Program-made: the position numbers and the translations under genes
In this document: positions 28,901-38,600 of the stretch, in pieces
Numbering within the stretch: position 1 is the stretch's first letter
Layout of the letters: each line of letters begins with the position of its first letter
Notes under the pieces: generated by a model
Databases searched by the model: none
The model's input: the letters and a program-made list of their open reading frames with translations, nothing else
Told to the model about the DNA's origin: nothing
Assembly (NCBI GenBank): GCA_946540005.1
Contig: CAMNHY010000002.1
Location: 2,780-66,779, forward strand
Direction of reading: 5' to 3'
Source: an uncultured Clostridium sp.
GTDB lineage: Bacteria > Bacillota_I > Bacilli_A > Acholeplasmatales > Anaeroplasmataceae
Length of the DNA: 64,000 bases

Positions 28901-30622
28901 ATCCCAAGTGTAGTACAAGACTCCATCTGCTATATTTCTTTCACCATTATCATTAATTGATACTAAAATGTTATAAATATTTTGTGATTTAGATGAACTT
29001 GTTAAATCTACTGTTAGTTTTGGTGTAAGTAAATTAACTTCACCATTTAAAAAGTTTAATGTTCTAGATTTATCTGTAAAATCTCTTGGCAATCTATTAT
29101 TTGTAATGACACCATATTCATCAATATTGTGAGCTAAATCACCAATATTATCTGTTGGGAATTGATATGAAACATCTTTGATATTAGCACGAACATTTGT
29201 AGTATCAAATTCATAAACTAAGGTATCTGAATAATTACCATCTAAATAAGTAGCATAGTATGTTGCTGTTCCATTATTGATTGTAATAGGTAAATCCTCA
29301 TTAGTTCTTGCAGACATTACTGGTTCACTAAAGCGAATATAAATTTTTAATTTACCTGTAGTTTTTAAATCTGAATCATCTATATATTCACCAATGACCT
29401 CAGGAACTCTATCATCGATAAGCGCTAGGAACATGTATATATTTTTAGCTTTTCTATCTTGTTCATCTGCATTGTTGTATATCGCAAGTCCTGCGTCTAA
29501 GACGCCTTCATATGGATCGACACCAACAACACCAGAAGAAACAATACTACCATTTCCAGCATACCAAGTGTCTCCTTCTTGTATCCAGCGATAATATTTA
29601 GTATCCTTTTTAATAGTTATATCTTTTTTGTCTACTAAATCATCATCTTCTTTATAAGGGTTTTTATTCTCAACTAAAAGATATCTTGTAGCTTCTGGAG
29701 TAAAGTTATTACCCTTATCATTCCAAGAAAAGAATCCATCTGATTCTGGTAACTTTGGTTCAGTTTCAAGATAATATGATAAGCCAGGACAATTCTCGCT
29801 TCTTGAATAATTATTCATAAATTCTTTATTACCAAATAATAAATGAATATTAGCATATGAATTCCACCAATCTTGGTTAGAATCATTTAAATCTCTTATG
29901 AAATATGTTCCATATGCAGAAGCTAGTGAATTATTGATATACGCATTCACCCATCTATCAGTTGTCTCATTTTGGAATGATAAATTTCTACCACTTTTAA
30001 ATGTGTACCAAGATGAACCACCATCTAAATCACCAATACCATCATGGTATAGAGTTTGTGGTTTTTCTAAATCCTTTAAATATGAATGATCTTCATTCAT
30101 ATGAACAGCAGTATCTTGTCTAACACCAGTTACAACTTCAACTTTATAGTCATATGGTAAATAACATTTAGCGCTATTTCTATTAATATCAACACTTGCG
30201 CCATTAGCTTTTTCAAGAACTAATTTAAAATATCTGCCATAAACTGCTCCGCTTTGATTATAAGTTCTTATTTTTTCTCTACTTTCAGATGTGTTTAGAG
30301 TCTTAATAGAAACTTTATATGATAAAACACCTGACTTATCAAATTGAACTTTAATTAACGTATTTATATTTACATAATCAAGTCCAGGAATTGCTGTACC
30401 ACCTTCAGTATGAATAAACAATTCAACATTATCATTAGCTTTACCTTCACCAGCAAGTTCTACATAAACTAAACCTGATTCATTAGCTTCAACTACTGTA
30501 TCTTTAACATATACATAGTTTCCATCCGCCTTTACCTTTCCGGTATTACCACAAACTATAATAAGCCCAATAAATAGGAGTGCTATAGCTACAAATATAA
30601 TATATAATTTATTTCTTTTCAT
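22985..30622 (-). CDS. Giant (2545 aa) membrane-anchored surface protein; putative mating/host adhesin
   Basis: N-terminal signal/TM segment and a C-terminal TM anchor (IFIIVACAAAIAGITIGLLY). A Calx-beta-like segment (HTEGGTAIPGLDYVNINTLIKVQF) is present. More than 9 Ig-like modules end in a G-Y-I-V-D-GN-Y-F type motif. The start overlaps the VirD4-like stop by 14 nt. Confidence 0.85.
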   Translation of the reverse strand: MKRNKLYIIFVAIALLFIGLIIVCGNTGKVKADGNYVYVKDTVVEANESGLVYVELAGEGKANDNVELFIHTEGGTAIPGLDYVNINTLIKVQFDKSGVLSYKVSIKTLNTSESREKIRTYNQSGAVYGRYFKLVLEKANGASVDINRNSAKCYLPYDYKVEVVTGVRQDTAVHMNEDHSYLKDLEKPQTLYHDGIGDLDGGSSWYTFKSGRNLSFQNETTDRWVNAYINNSLASAYGTYFIRDLNDSNQDWWNSYANIHLLFGNKEFMNNYSRSENCPGLSYYLETEPKLPESDGFFSWNDKGNNFTPEATRYLLVENKNPYKEDDDLVDKKDITIKKDTKYYRWIQEGDTWYAGNGSIVSSGVVGVDPYEGVLDAGLAIYNNADEQDRKAKNIYMFLALIDDRVPEVIGEYIDDSDLKTTGKLKIYIRFSEPVMSARTNEDLPITINNGTATYYATYLDGNYSDTLVYEFDTTNVRANIKDVSYQFPTDNIGDLAHNIDEYGVITNNRLPRDFTDKSRTLNFLNGEVNLLTPKLTVDLTSSSKSQNIYNILVSINDNGERNIADGVLYYTWDKNPELFDPTDGHIYSSTELTNKDLYKNVHKFSAEENGSITLTLVKNEKDNIDSGTYYLHALAMSGYGLTSIGTYGPYPLDGDPPSASQLMPSPNELKTKEYCVELYKKSTGNAELMNITINYKYVDKDGNVKEAKVKLYENGVVVGSLSQLQRQEELEDRFKYYYKSTIDTSLGIATDSTISQILQENNTSRMNFDVTFYIEDSAGNKTTSNMIKVVYDTRKLFEVGVDVPLAVDGENPEPGYREINDIAVSYKAYDYSTCENNRDIVITVLDKSQSGGENYRALLETPGAKFSVIVNGEREVAADGTEGAQRFRVTLKDLSSGFFEIIPKITSQDQSNPLDLVAETISFYLTNNMSDETDNKKNSETNLVLTNKVFQLQDQRYYYLDESGSTVISYPYGGVFDPTLNKVEGGSTYPSFSNINEAKKYVKFMEYQDLYLVKITANIANLLNSGTASTAYVKASGETVNAQEGQLWIRYKKSTWQSSATSYGWAYYYYGNGNVSDGININGLPTNLNNAINDIVNRITNEGKIIYLVEEETLNQKTGAPYLASTQLHVASEESSVSKTNIKFVTPAKYDGDKNIYQNNVTVNNQSCALATNMIIKADDATRLFYKYGDSNFTEITVIDGVRLQELMSNQATGLYTIREYGRKGICQYTIYFDKSVPGLSVSIGNTSSILDGSITNFSSDTFIIKQLGVQSDTLPKEVDDLAYIAIYSYPGRSLIDVLYPQDLNSDDKNYKLENKNYYIQVGDRSGNIVTYTVLLSNSELKVETYENDSKTSVVVKVLERDENEIYSYEVYLNETLVTTEFAESRTFKEPGIYRIIVRDIYGNEVVKTIEFNYKTPDITWYYQNNDSYSKYNPDKIVRLVIYDDESNSRYTNVYTSALIKYTFNTAYGDDNVKFEILDLQSGDYSYNDANQTVTINKLVNFRMRVWFESLPENDHIYNIKVDNEAPVVSAAFIATSYNLYVEKDSDGNVIKTASFDSINYGTSDNPIYNVGDEITLDTLQYVLGSSVETQFEDGAVISGGHIELGFQDPSRIKDFSIMKDGQLIEMVLDDDGKLLLNNYGKYEIIVTDMLSNVRRFSFTNTKDPITNEYVDDELIETEGQEYGHDNATINALYKGELRVLVKTNEGTKTYIFNFDGKNITSGKYVCVAEKRQDDQGVVTEIKSAQYQQDPNFIIDITSSTTKENVYYTAVSNDYYVISVQIKDKLPYFKISTIENEISYEFLYRVGNTIIPSYHYGTLSKEKPELKLMSGEDEIVIKGDSKYTYIADNLTIDPMIKSNITTIQVAYSKKTDFPQLETIYENGNFIRRFIGENDGFYKIVVRNVFNNVTEYIIAKVDSFEAIVMVKYLDGSTREFLSNENKIYSNSMIDINVYSDSVTFVVNGEEFNGSYDSGVTTLELYKQGEYNLRVVGANGVFEDFTFEINSNFEFVYKEEWITGYNEKALLMDQGYTSTLLTPQISKEDGIEYIAYQYQTNDLVVLYDNISEEKIYDELALIDSIGKDGIGDYIIYFKNKYGDVGSKTIHFSNVAALQLSRKTVAESNAFQPYSLEKALESDFYSNYILKFETNSLKYQFEIDGTQVSLDEPKTIEFSNASGNGSFGYQITYLDEYGNYLSFRAELYRAEVSIDKSQMEEININDKIYTKDDIVITFADELVGSVSVDGKERIDYTSGSKFYKDGKYEFYVEDIAGNRNTYIINHKSINHFTLTNTSTNQAVINGGVVNNASVAFNATDDSKLSSVFKNGEKVNDFTSNTFKTTGHWEALIVDSVGNTSYVEFYIINNPLISFEYSAPYDYSITEIFFTDSDGRREQIDAEDNHIVLNKNGDYAVVVSSNSTNMTFNFSVTINDTPPQATLSGVENGGVTSRDVTLKGLKNGDVVEVYKDGNLINVTDVGTTNNVPEIKTGGTYKIIIKGVSGAKVEYNFTRKQIANAPTSIFIIVACAAAIAGITIGLLYHTRLKNDAE

Positions 30623-33062
30623 TTGCTAAGTCCTCCTTTTCTAATGATATTTCGCCGTTTGCGACCATAATACAGAAGTCTTGGAAGGAAAGAGATGGAT
30701 TAGTTTTCTTAAGTTCTTTAAATATTTTTAATATCTCAGTTTGACTTAACTTTGTATTTTTCTTTTTTATTTCTTTAATCTTTTCTTCTTTTGTCTCTTC
30801 TTTAACTTCTTCTTTAGTTTCTTCCTTAGGCTTTAACGCACTAAAGCCCCCGTTTTCTTTTGCTTCATTAACCTTCTTCATTAATGCGCTATTTCTTTTC
30901 TTAATATCATAGAAAATAGCATTTTCGTCGAAGAAATTATCTTCTAAATCTGATTGATCCATTTTACCAATCTTATAAAGTGGAACTTTAAAAGATGGAG
31001 TAAAATAAGTTTTAAGAGGGTAGTTACCAAAGGTTACAATAATTGAGTGTCCGATATCACCTGGGTGATTCAATCTTTGTAATTCAGATGGATATATTAA
31101 AGGACGAGTTTGTAATGATGTGGAATAATTCTTCTCACCATGAGCTGAACCACTTGTTGAAGATGTTTGAATTGTAATATTACCACATAATTCAGAATAT
31201 TCCTTACATGTACCCATATCGTTAGAACCGATAAACATCTTAATACCACAGTTACCTTTAATAATATCAGCAACATTATCACCATATACATTATTTAATT
31301 GTGAATAAGATTGAACAATCATTGTAAACCAAATTTTTCTAGAACGACCTACTGTGATAAATTTGTCAAATTTAGAAATCTTTGGCATATTACCAAATTC
31401 GTCCATGATGAAGTAGACATTTCTTGGTAATGCTAATTCTTGAGTTTCTGATGCAACTTTAATCAGCGTCTTATAAATATTTAATATAAAGATTGCAGCT
31501 AGATTGTGTCTAGTATCTTTTTCATCAGGAATTTTTAAAAATAAGGCTGTTGGGTGGTCTGCTAAAGCTTCTGCAGTAAAATCTGATGTAGAAGTTAATG
31601 CACACACACCAGCGTCATTAAATAGTACTAATTTGTCATATACAATTGACATATATGAAGCTCTTGTTGAAGGAGCTGCATCACAAACTTGTTTAGATAA
31701 TGAATAAGCCTTTGATAAAGGACTCCTACCTTTAAAATAATTTCTTAAATCTTCATAATCTTTAGTAGAATTTTGAAGAATCTTTGCTAAATTAAAGAAA
31801 TTAAATTTATCCTTTGTCATACCGTTTTCAGGATCTGTTGAATCCTCTAGCATCGCAAGTAATACAGCTAGTGTAATTGATCTAGCACCTTTTTCCCAAA
31901 GAGGATCTTTTTCATTCTCTACAGGAATTAATACAGATACTAAGTCATTTAAATCTTCATAAACTTCATCATATATTTTCTTTTTATAAACTTTAATATT
32001 GTTAACTAATCTTTGATAATCCTTATAAGCTTTACCATCAAATTCATACCACTCATTTAAATCTTCGTTATCCCCAATATTCTTATCAAGAGTTAATCCT
32101 GATTCGTAAATATTATCTACACGCTTGAACGCTTTCTTATATGCATTTCTATACTCTTCAAATGCATCCCATATACCATCTAATGGATTCCATCTATATG
32201 AAGAATATGTATCACGTAAATCTACAACCTTTACATCATATCCTCTATCTTGTAAAAATTGAGAATGAAGTGAGAATAATTCACCCTTAGGGTCAGTTAT
32301 TATCATTGATGAACCAGCTTTAGTCGCACCTAAAAGCTGAATCATAGGAGATACGAATGTAGTAGTTTTACCTGAACCAGTTGAACCGATAATTATAGAA
32401 TGGCAAGGTGAATTAAATAAAACTTGCATATCTTTTTTATTTTCATCAAGAGATGCCATTACAGGAATACCATCTTTACTAACAGTATTAAGTTGACTAT
32501 ATGTATAAGATTTAAATATAGTTTTCTTTTCTTTTGAAGTCATCCATCTTGAATTTTCTAAATTAGAATCTTTTACTTGTTTAAGCTTACCATTAGGTCC
32601 ATTTTTAGAAAATACGGAAATAAAGTTCTTATTTATTACAAAACAATATAATACAAATAATCCTAAGAATACTATTATTAAGAATAAATAGTATAATCCC
32701 GATACAATCATCTTATCAAAAGTACCAAGCCAATCGATAATTCCAAATTCAAATTTACAATCGAATAGGGCAAATAATAGATATGATAATATTACCGATA
32801 TTAACATAATAGATGTTATTACAAATAATATTTCTTGAAATCTACCTGACGCAAATTTTTGAGATGCAACTATGCATTGGAATAACATAAACGCTATAAA
32901 TATAGAGATCATCCATCTAAAATATGGTACTAGAGTAAAACTACCTGTTGCATCTACAAACATACCTCTAGTCTTTATTACTGGTATAGTTATTACATTT
33001 GCTAATATAAAGGAAATAATAATTACTAAGCATAATACATGTCTTTTTTTCATAATTATCAC
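30609..33062 (-). CDS. VirD4/TraG-family type IV coupling protein
   Basis: 817 aa with N-terminal TM helices, Walker A (GSTGSGKTT), Walker B-like YFIMDEFGNMPKI, and GRSRKIWFTMIVQSYSQL. Confidence 0.85.
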   Translation of the reverse strand: MIIMKKRHVLCLVIIISFILANVITIPVIKTRGMFVDATGSFTLVPYFRWMISIFIAFMLFQCIVASQKFASGRFQEILFVITSIMLISVILSYLLFALFDCKFEFGIIDWLGTFDKMIVSGLYYLFLIIVFLGLFVLYCFVINKNFISVFSKNGPNGKLKQVKDSNLENSRWMTSKEKKTIFKSYTYSQLNTVSKDGIPVMASLDENKKDMQVLFNSPCHSIIIGSTGSGKTTTFVSPMIQLLGATKAGSSMIITDPKGELFSLHSQFLQDRGYDVKVVDLRDTYSSYRWNPLDGIWDAFEEYRNAYKKAFKRVDNIYESGLTLDKNIGDNEDLNEWYEFDGKAYKDYQRLVNNIKVYKKKIYDEVYEDLNDLVSVLIPVENEKDPLWEKGARSITLAVLLAMLEDSTDPENGMTKDKFNFFNLAKILQNSTKDYEDLRNYFKGRSPLSKAYSLSKQVCDAAPSTRASYMSIVYDKLVLFNDAGVCALTSTSDFTAEALADHPTALFLKIPDEKDTRHNLAAIFILNIYKTLIKVASETQELALPRNVYFIMDEFGNMPKISKFDKFITVGRSRKIWFTMIVQSYSQLNNVYGDNVADIIKGNCGIKMFIGSNDMGTCKEYSELCGNITIQTSSTSGSAHGEKNYSTSLQTRPLIYPSELQRLNHPGDIGHSIIVTFGNYPLKTYFTPSFKVPLYKIGKMDQSDLEDNFFDENAIFYDIKKRNSALMKKVNEAKENGGFSALKPKEETKEEVKEETKEEKIKEIKKKNTKLSQTEILKIFKELKKTNPSLSFQDFCIMVANGEISLEKEDLANEKK

Positions 33063-33066
33063 TCCT

Positions 33067-35478
33067 TTAAATTGACTTTTCCACAGTAAGTACTGCAGTT
33101 AATACATTATTATCTATTTCATAATTAGAATCAGCTATAAATGTAGCAGTTACATTAAATACACCAAATTCTAATACACCATCACTTCCAAGAGATACAC
33201 CATCAGATTGTCTCTTATATTCATAAGTAACTGAAACACCATTTGGAAGATTTTCAGGTTGAATAGTAATAAAGATTGTATTATTACTACTAATTCTTAC
33301 ATACATATCAGATTCAGTTAGAGTTACAACTTTATCTGTTAATGCATAACTACTTAAATCAATAAATTTCTTTTCTATTGTTAGATAGAAAGTTGTATCA
33401 GGTACAGGATTATAATTTAGTTCATCATATGCATATGAAACAGTTAACATATAATAACCTACATTTGATGTATAAACAGTCTCTACAAAGTCTTCTGCAA
33501 CCTTAACTTTTGAAACAATAGATTTAATTGTTATACCTTCTGCTAAATTCTTAAATGCTTCATTTGAATCAAGAAGACTATCTAAATTATTAGGATTATA
33601 ATAATCATTACCATCAAATTCTTTAGTAACATCGTTAACAACAAACTTTGATAAATCATAATTAGCTTTAGTAATCTTTAATTGACCTATTATTTGTTTA
33701 GTTCTATAAGTATCCTTAGATATTTCCCAAACAATTGTATAAGTACCAACATCTTTAAATTCTTCTCCTTCAGGATAAGAAACAGATGTACCAACAGGTA
33801 ATTCTTTATTTACAGCTAATCCATGCATGTTTCCATCATATACATATTCCGCATTTATTAACTGAATATCATCTTCAAATGTTATAGAATATGAAACAGT
33901 TCCTGATGCAGGAGCTAATATAACGCTTGAATTTTCGATTTCATCGATAAATGCAAAATTAATTGTATAATCATACTTTTTACCATCTGCAAATTCACTT
34001 ACATCTTTTACTTCTTGTTTAGTATTAAAATCAAGATATTGAATCTTTTTTATAACATATTCATCTTCAATAAATCCTGCAATTTCTATTTTTTTATTAC
34101 CAGTTTCTTGATCAACTATTAATTTTAAATCCTTAGCTTCAATAGTTCTCTTTTCTCCACTATCATCATATACTTGTGGCGCTTCTCTAATTTTATTGAT
34201 AATTAAATAGGCTACAAGTTCATTAATATCTAATTCTTCATTTGGATTACTGTCACTAAATTTAGCAACCACTTTATATTCACCTGCAGCAATTTGATTA
34301 TTATTTTCATATGTTACAGATACATTTTGTGGTAATTTACCACTAATCTCAAGTGAATGTGATTCTCTATTAAAATTAACAGTTTTACTATTAAATGTAA
34401 TAACTCCATCTATATTAACTTGTTTTTTTGTTACAACAAGTTTAGCTTCCATAGGAGCTATAGATTCATAATTTAAATTATTGCTCTTAAATGATGCAAC
34501 TATCTTATATTCACCGGCATTAGATGTAGAAGTTACTTCTTCACCTTTTGAATTATAATATTTAAAAGAAGCTTCAACACCGTTTGGAATTACTGATTGT
34601 CTATCAAATGATGCAACATATTCTTGACCATCATACTCTTTTACATAATCAGATAATATGACATTTGACATATCATATTTTGTCTTTGTAATAGTAAGTC
34701 GAGCTTTCATTGTTGAAGTTTGATCATAATTCTCATCTTTTGCGCTAAACTTAGCTACAATAACATAATTACCTGCATTTACTGCATTATTTAATTTAAT
34801 TGTTTCATCCTCATTCCAAATTTCATAATCTACACTTACACCTTGAGGAAGATTTGTAGCCTCTATAGTTTTAGGTTCACCATTATATTCACAAATCTTA
34901 TTTAAAAATACTACTTTAGATAAATCTATTTTAGCCTTTTCAATAATAAGTTTTGTCTTTAGTGTTTTAGCTTCATATCCATCTTTTGAAATAACAGCTA
35001 CAACTTCATATTCACCCGCATTTGTAAATGTATTTCCATAAGGATAATCAACTGTAGCACCCTCAGGTACTTCATAATTGATTTCAACCTTATGAGGTTG
35101 ACCATCATATACACATGTATAGCCTTCTAATTTATAAATATCATCAAAATCATGGCTAACAACATTTATTTTAAGTGTTGTAGTATGTCTTCCGTATTTG
35201 ACTAATACATCATGTTCACCCATTTTGTAAAAGTTTAATCTTTCTTCTTCAGGAATCATATTTTCAGTTAAATTAACTTCAGACACTTCACCGTTTGTAT
35301 AGATGACTAATACTTTAAGTCCATCGTATGAAAAATCTCCAGCTTTAACTTCAATAGCTTCCTTAGTATTCATTTCAATTCTATCTATTGCGCCTTTACC
35401 TCTGCATCCTGCTAGAATAAATATCAATACTAAAGATAAGGTGGATAATATTTTAAATATATAATGTTTAGATTTCAT
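33067..35478 (-). CDS. Repeat-rich surface lipoprotein (tandem YDG/NAGEY Ig-like, MBG-like modules); first gene of the T4SS operon
   Basis: The ORF track gives 33067..35532. I prefer the ATG at 35478 (MKSKHYIFKILSTLSLVLIFILAGC), which yields a signal peptide plus lipobox. About 8 modules repeat Y(D/N)G...H/K...NAG(E/N)Y.V. Confidence 0.8.
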   Translation of the reverse strand: MKSKHYIFKILSTLSLVLIFILAGCRGKGAIDRIEMNTKEAIEVKAGDFSYDGLKVLVIYTNGEVSEVNLTENMIPEEERLNFYKMGEHDVLVKYGRHTTTLKINVVSHDFDDIYKLEGYTCVYDGQPHKVEINYEVPEGATVDYPYGNTFTNAGEYEVVAVISKDGYEAKTLKTKLIIEKAKIDLSKVVFLNKICEYNGEPKTIEATNLPQGVSVDYEIWNEDETIKLNNAVNAGNYVIVAKFSAKDENYDQTSTMKARLTITKTKYDMSNVILSDYVKEYDGQEYVASFDRQSVIPNGVEASFKYYNSKGEEVTSTSNAGEYKIVASFKSNNLNYESIAPMEAKLVVTKKQVNIDGVITFNSKTVNFNRESHSLEISGKLPQNVSVTYENNNQIAAGEYKVVAKFSDSNPNEELDINELVAYLIINKIREAPQVYDDSGEKRTIEAKDLKLIVDQETGNKKIEIAGFIEDEYVIKKIQYLDFNTKQEVKDVSEFADGKKYDYTINFAFIDEIENSSVILAPASGTVSYSITFEDDIQLINAEYVYDGNMHGLAVNKELPVGTSVSYPEGEEFKDVGTYTIVWEISKDTYRTKQIIGQLKITKANYDLSKFVVNDVTKEFDGNDYYNPNNLDSLLDSNEAFKNLAEGITIKSIVSKVKVAEDFVETVYTSNVGYYMLTVSYAYDELNYNPVPDTTFYLTIEKKFIDLSSYALTDKVVTLTESDMYVRISSNNTIFITIQPENLPNGVSVTYEYKRQSDGVSLGSDGVLEFGVFNVTATFIADSNYEIDNNVLTAVLTVEKSI

Positions 35479-35575
35479 AAATCTACACCCCACTTTTATA
35501 AAAATCAAATTAAATTTGATTATAAAACTCAATGTCTGTGCTGATTAAAGCCCATTGTCCTATTCTACTATTCAT

Positions 35576-35611
35576 ATTTTATCAATTGTAGTGCCACAAA
35601 CCTGCAACAGA
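35576..35611 (-). promoter_or_regulatory. Direct-repeat promoter element, site 4 (TCTGTTGC-AGG-TTTGTGGC, then 11 nt, then TAAAAT); drives the T4SS operon
   Basis: Repeat core at 35593..35611 and -10 at 35576..35581, preceded by TGA. Confidence 0.7.
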
Positions 35612-35659
35612 AAATAAAATACAGCCCACTCTATATGATTTATCATATAGAATAGGCTG
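35612..35659 (-). terminator. Rho-independent terminator after the 35665..38793 gene
   Basis: 17-bp stem with 2 mismatches (35622-35638 / 35643-35659), followed on the minus strand by TATTTTATTTT. Confidence 0.6.
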
Positions 35660-35664
35660 CAATA

Positions 35665-38600
35665 CTATTTTAATATTTCTCTTATTTTAGACTTATATAC
35701 ATCTTTTTCTTCTCTGTAAATAATCTTAAAATTCATTCTAAGAAGTTTTAATTTATTATTCTTTTTTCCAATTTTAAATACTCTCTTAGATTTTAAATTA
35801 ACTAATGTCCATTTATTGAATATAAAGAACATTGAAATATATGCAATAATTAGAACAAGTACTAAAATAACTACAATTATAGTAACTAATCTAGTAATAA
35901 TACTGATATTATTAGTTTTTTCTAATTCACTATATTTATTTTCGCTTTGTTCAAGCTTATCTAAATTAATTACTAGTCCTTTTTCAGAATCATCTAATGC
36001 ATCATAAGCCTTTCTTGCCTCTTTAATTTGAGATTTAGTTAAATCATTTAAAGAAGTTACTTCGCCTATCGCATTTATTTGTCTATATACAACTCCAACC
36101 TCATTATAGATTTTTTCTGCTGAAGTTAATATAACTAAATTTTTAACATAAAACTTTTGATTTTGAGTTAAAGCTGAATAAGCATTTTTAGCATTATTAA
36201 TTCTATTTCTTACCTCTTGATTATATTTTACTTCACCAATTAAATTAATTAACTCATCAACTCTATTTGCCTCAGCTACATCATCTAATAATTCTTGATA
36301 TTTTGTCTCAGAAGCTAATAAAACTTGATATGAAGTAACAAATGACTTTTGACTATCAGTTAATGCGACATAAGCTTCTCTAACTTCTAGAATCTTATCA
36401 TTAGACTCAAGTGTAACATTACCAATCGAATTAATTAATTCATCAATAGTTGACGCAATTCTTTTATCTTCAACAAGAGCCGCATATTTTGTTTGGGCTA
36501 ACTCTAAAGTTTCTAATTGAGTTATAAATGATTTTTGTCTATCAGTTAACGCGTCATAAGCTGTTCTTGCAGCATCTATTTTATTTTTAGAAGCTTCATC
36601 TAATTGAACTTCTCCAATTAAATTAATCAATTCATCTGTTTCTAAAGCCCTAGATTTATCTGAAAGAATTAATTCAAAAGTATTCTCATCATCTCTTAAA
36701 GTTTCATAATTTGTAACAAGCTTCTTTTGATCTTCTGTTAATGAATTATAAGCTTGTCTTGCTACCTTAATTTTTTCACTAGATTCAATTGTAACTTCTC
36801 CAATTGAATTAATTTTTTCAATAACGGCAGATGCTAAATTATTATCATTTTGAAGTTCATTATAACGATTTTCTGCATCTGATAATGTCTTATAATTTGA
36901 AACTATATCTTTATATGCATTAGATAAAGATTCATATTTAATTCTTGCGTTATCTATTTTTTCTCTAGATTCAGCACTATACATTACTTCTCCAATTGAA
37001 TTAATTAGAGACATTGTATCATCAATAGATTTAACATCTTCTTTTGCACTATTTAGCGCTTGATTAATATTATCAGTTTCCAAAGTTACATCATCAACTG
37101 TAGATTTTTGATAATCATTAATTTCTTGTGCATTATTTATTGCCTCCATTAATATAGTGGCAACAGGAACATATTTATCTTTTATTGAATTTAGATATTC
37201 ATTAGAAGCGTTTATACTATTTACTAAATCAGTTCTATCTGGCGCATTTATTTTTACTATTATTATTGTTTCTTCGCTACTAGCATAAGATAAATAATGT
37301 TCATTACCAGGGCTTCTAGTATATATTACATACTCACCAATATCTAATCCTTTAGGAATAAATGTTGACCAATATCCACCTTCAAATTTAAATTCAAATA
37401 CTGCATCATCACATTTACTAAAATCAAGTAATTCTTGTTTCTCACCAGTATAATATAAATCTTCATTAGCTTTTGGTAATTGAGGCGTACCTTTTACAAC
37501 GCTTACTGTTTGATGATACTCACATTCATTTAATCCAGCCTTAACTTTATAATAGATTGTATAATCACCTAATTCTTTAAAAGTAGGTGCTTCATCTAAA
37601 TCATAAGTTCCCATTTCTAATCCATATTTAACCTCATAATCACTTGGTTTAAAATTATTATGGAATTGAATGCTATAATCAATATTTCTATATGGAACGC
37701 TTGTATCCTTTGCAGGATAATCTATGATTAAATTATCTCCTTCTTCTATTACTATTTTATTATCGTGAATAACAAATAATTCATTACAATCTTTATCGGC
37801 AGCTGTATAAGCCATTGTAGGATAGTAATTATAAATAGTGCCTCTTCTAATATAATCAAGGCCAATTTTGCTATCTGCAGTTAAAGCGCCACTAAGACTA
37901 AAAATATCCTTTTGACTAGGATGACTAACAGTTATATCAGAAGGTGTGCCATCCTTTAATTTATTATCAAAAATATATAAATTACCTTCTATAAACAATT
38001 TAGCTTCTTCTAAAATAGCTGCCGGAGAACTTCCTGATATATTATCTTTAATAACTGTTTTACCTGAAATAGTTAAAAAATTATTATTTGCACCGTGATA
38101 TACTCCACCAGCCATTCCATCAGCCACATTAGCTATAATATTTACATCTTTTAATGTAATTAAACTATTGTTTCTCTTTACCCATGCATAATAAATAGCT
38201 CCACCGTTGCCTGTCGTACTATTACCAATAATAGTTCCACCATACATTTTTAACTCAGTAGTGCTTCCACTTCTAGAAGTACCAGGCATAAAGATAGCTC
38301 CACCATTAGGACTATCTTTAGCTCCTGTAATATATCCACCTCTAAATGTTAAATAGTCAGATTCAAAACTATCATCAACAATTCCTAAGCCTGTAGTTGA
38401 ATCAATTTTGTATTTATGTTCTAATTTATTACAATCATAAATACAAATATTTCCACCACCAGGAACTTCAATAACATTTTTACCTTCACTATTTAAAATG
38501 ATTCCATGACCATTTAAACATAATTTAGTATCAGTTTTAGGATGCCATGTATCAGTTATAGTGACATCTGATTCTAAATAATAATTACCACTACTTGCAG

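Larger units (their letters stand above)
17733..35478 (-). mobile_element. Conjugative T4SS (ICE/plasmid-like) transfer operon; element boundaries not determined
   Basis: One uninterrupted, tightly packed minus-strand operon encodes VirD4-like, VirB4-like, VirB6-like and pilin-like proteins plus surface proteins. I found no integrase, relaxase or att repeats in the window. Confidence 0.5.

Noticed and set aside
35950-36990. Tandem DNA repeat (VNTR-like) underlying the six 57-aa helical repeats of the Pmp-like protein.
   Set aside because: The repeats are conserved mainly at the protein-motif level. The DNA copies are too diverged to count as a contractible tandem repeat.
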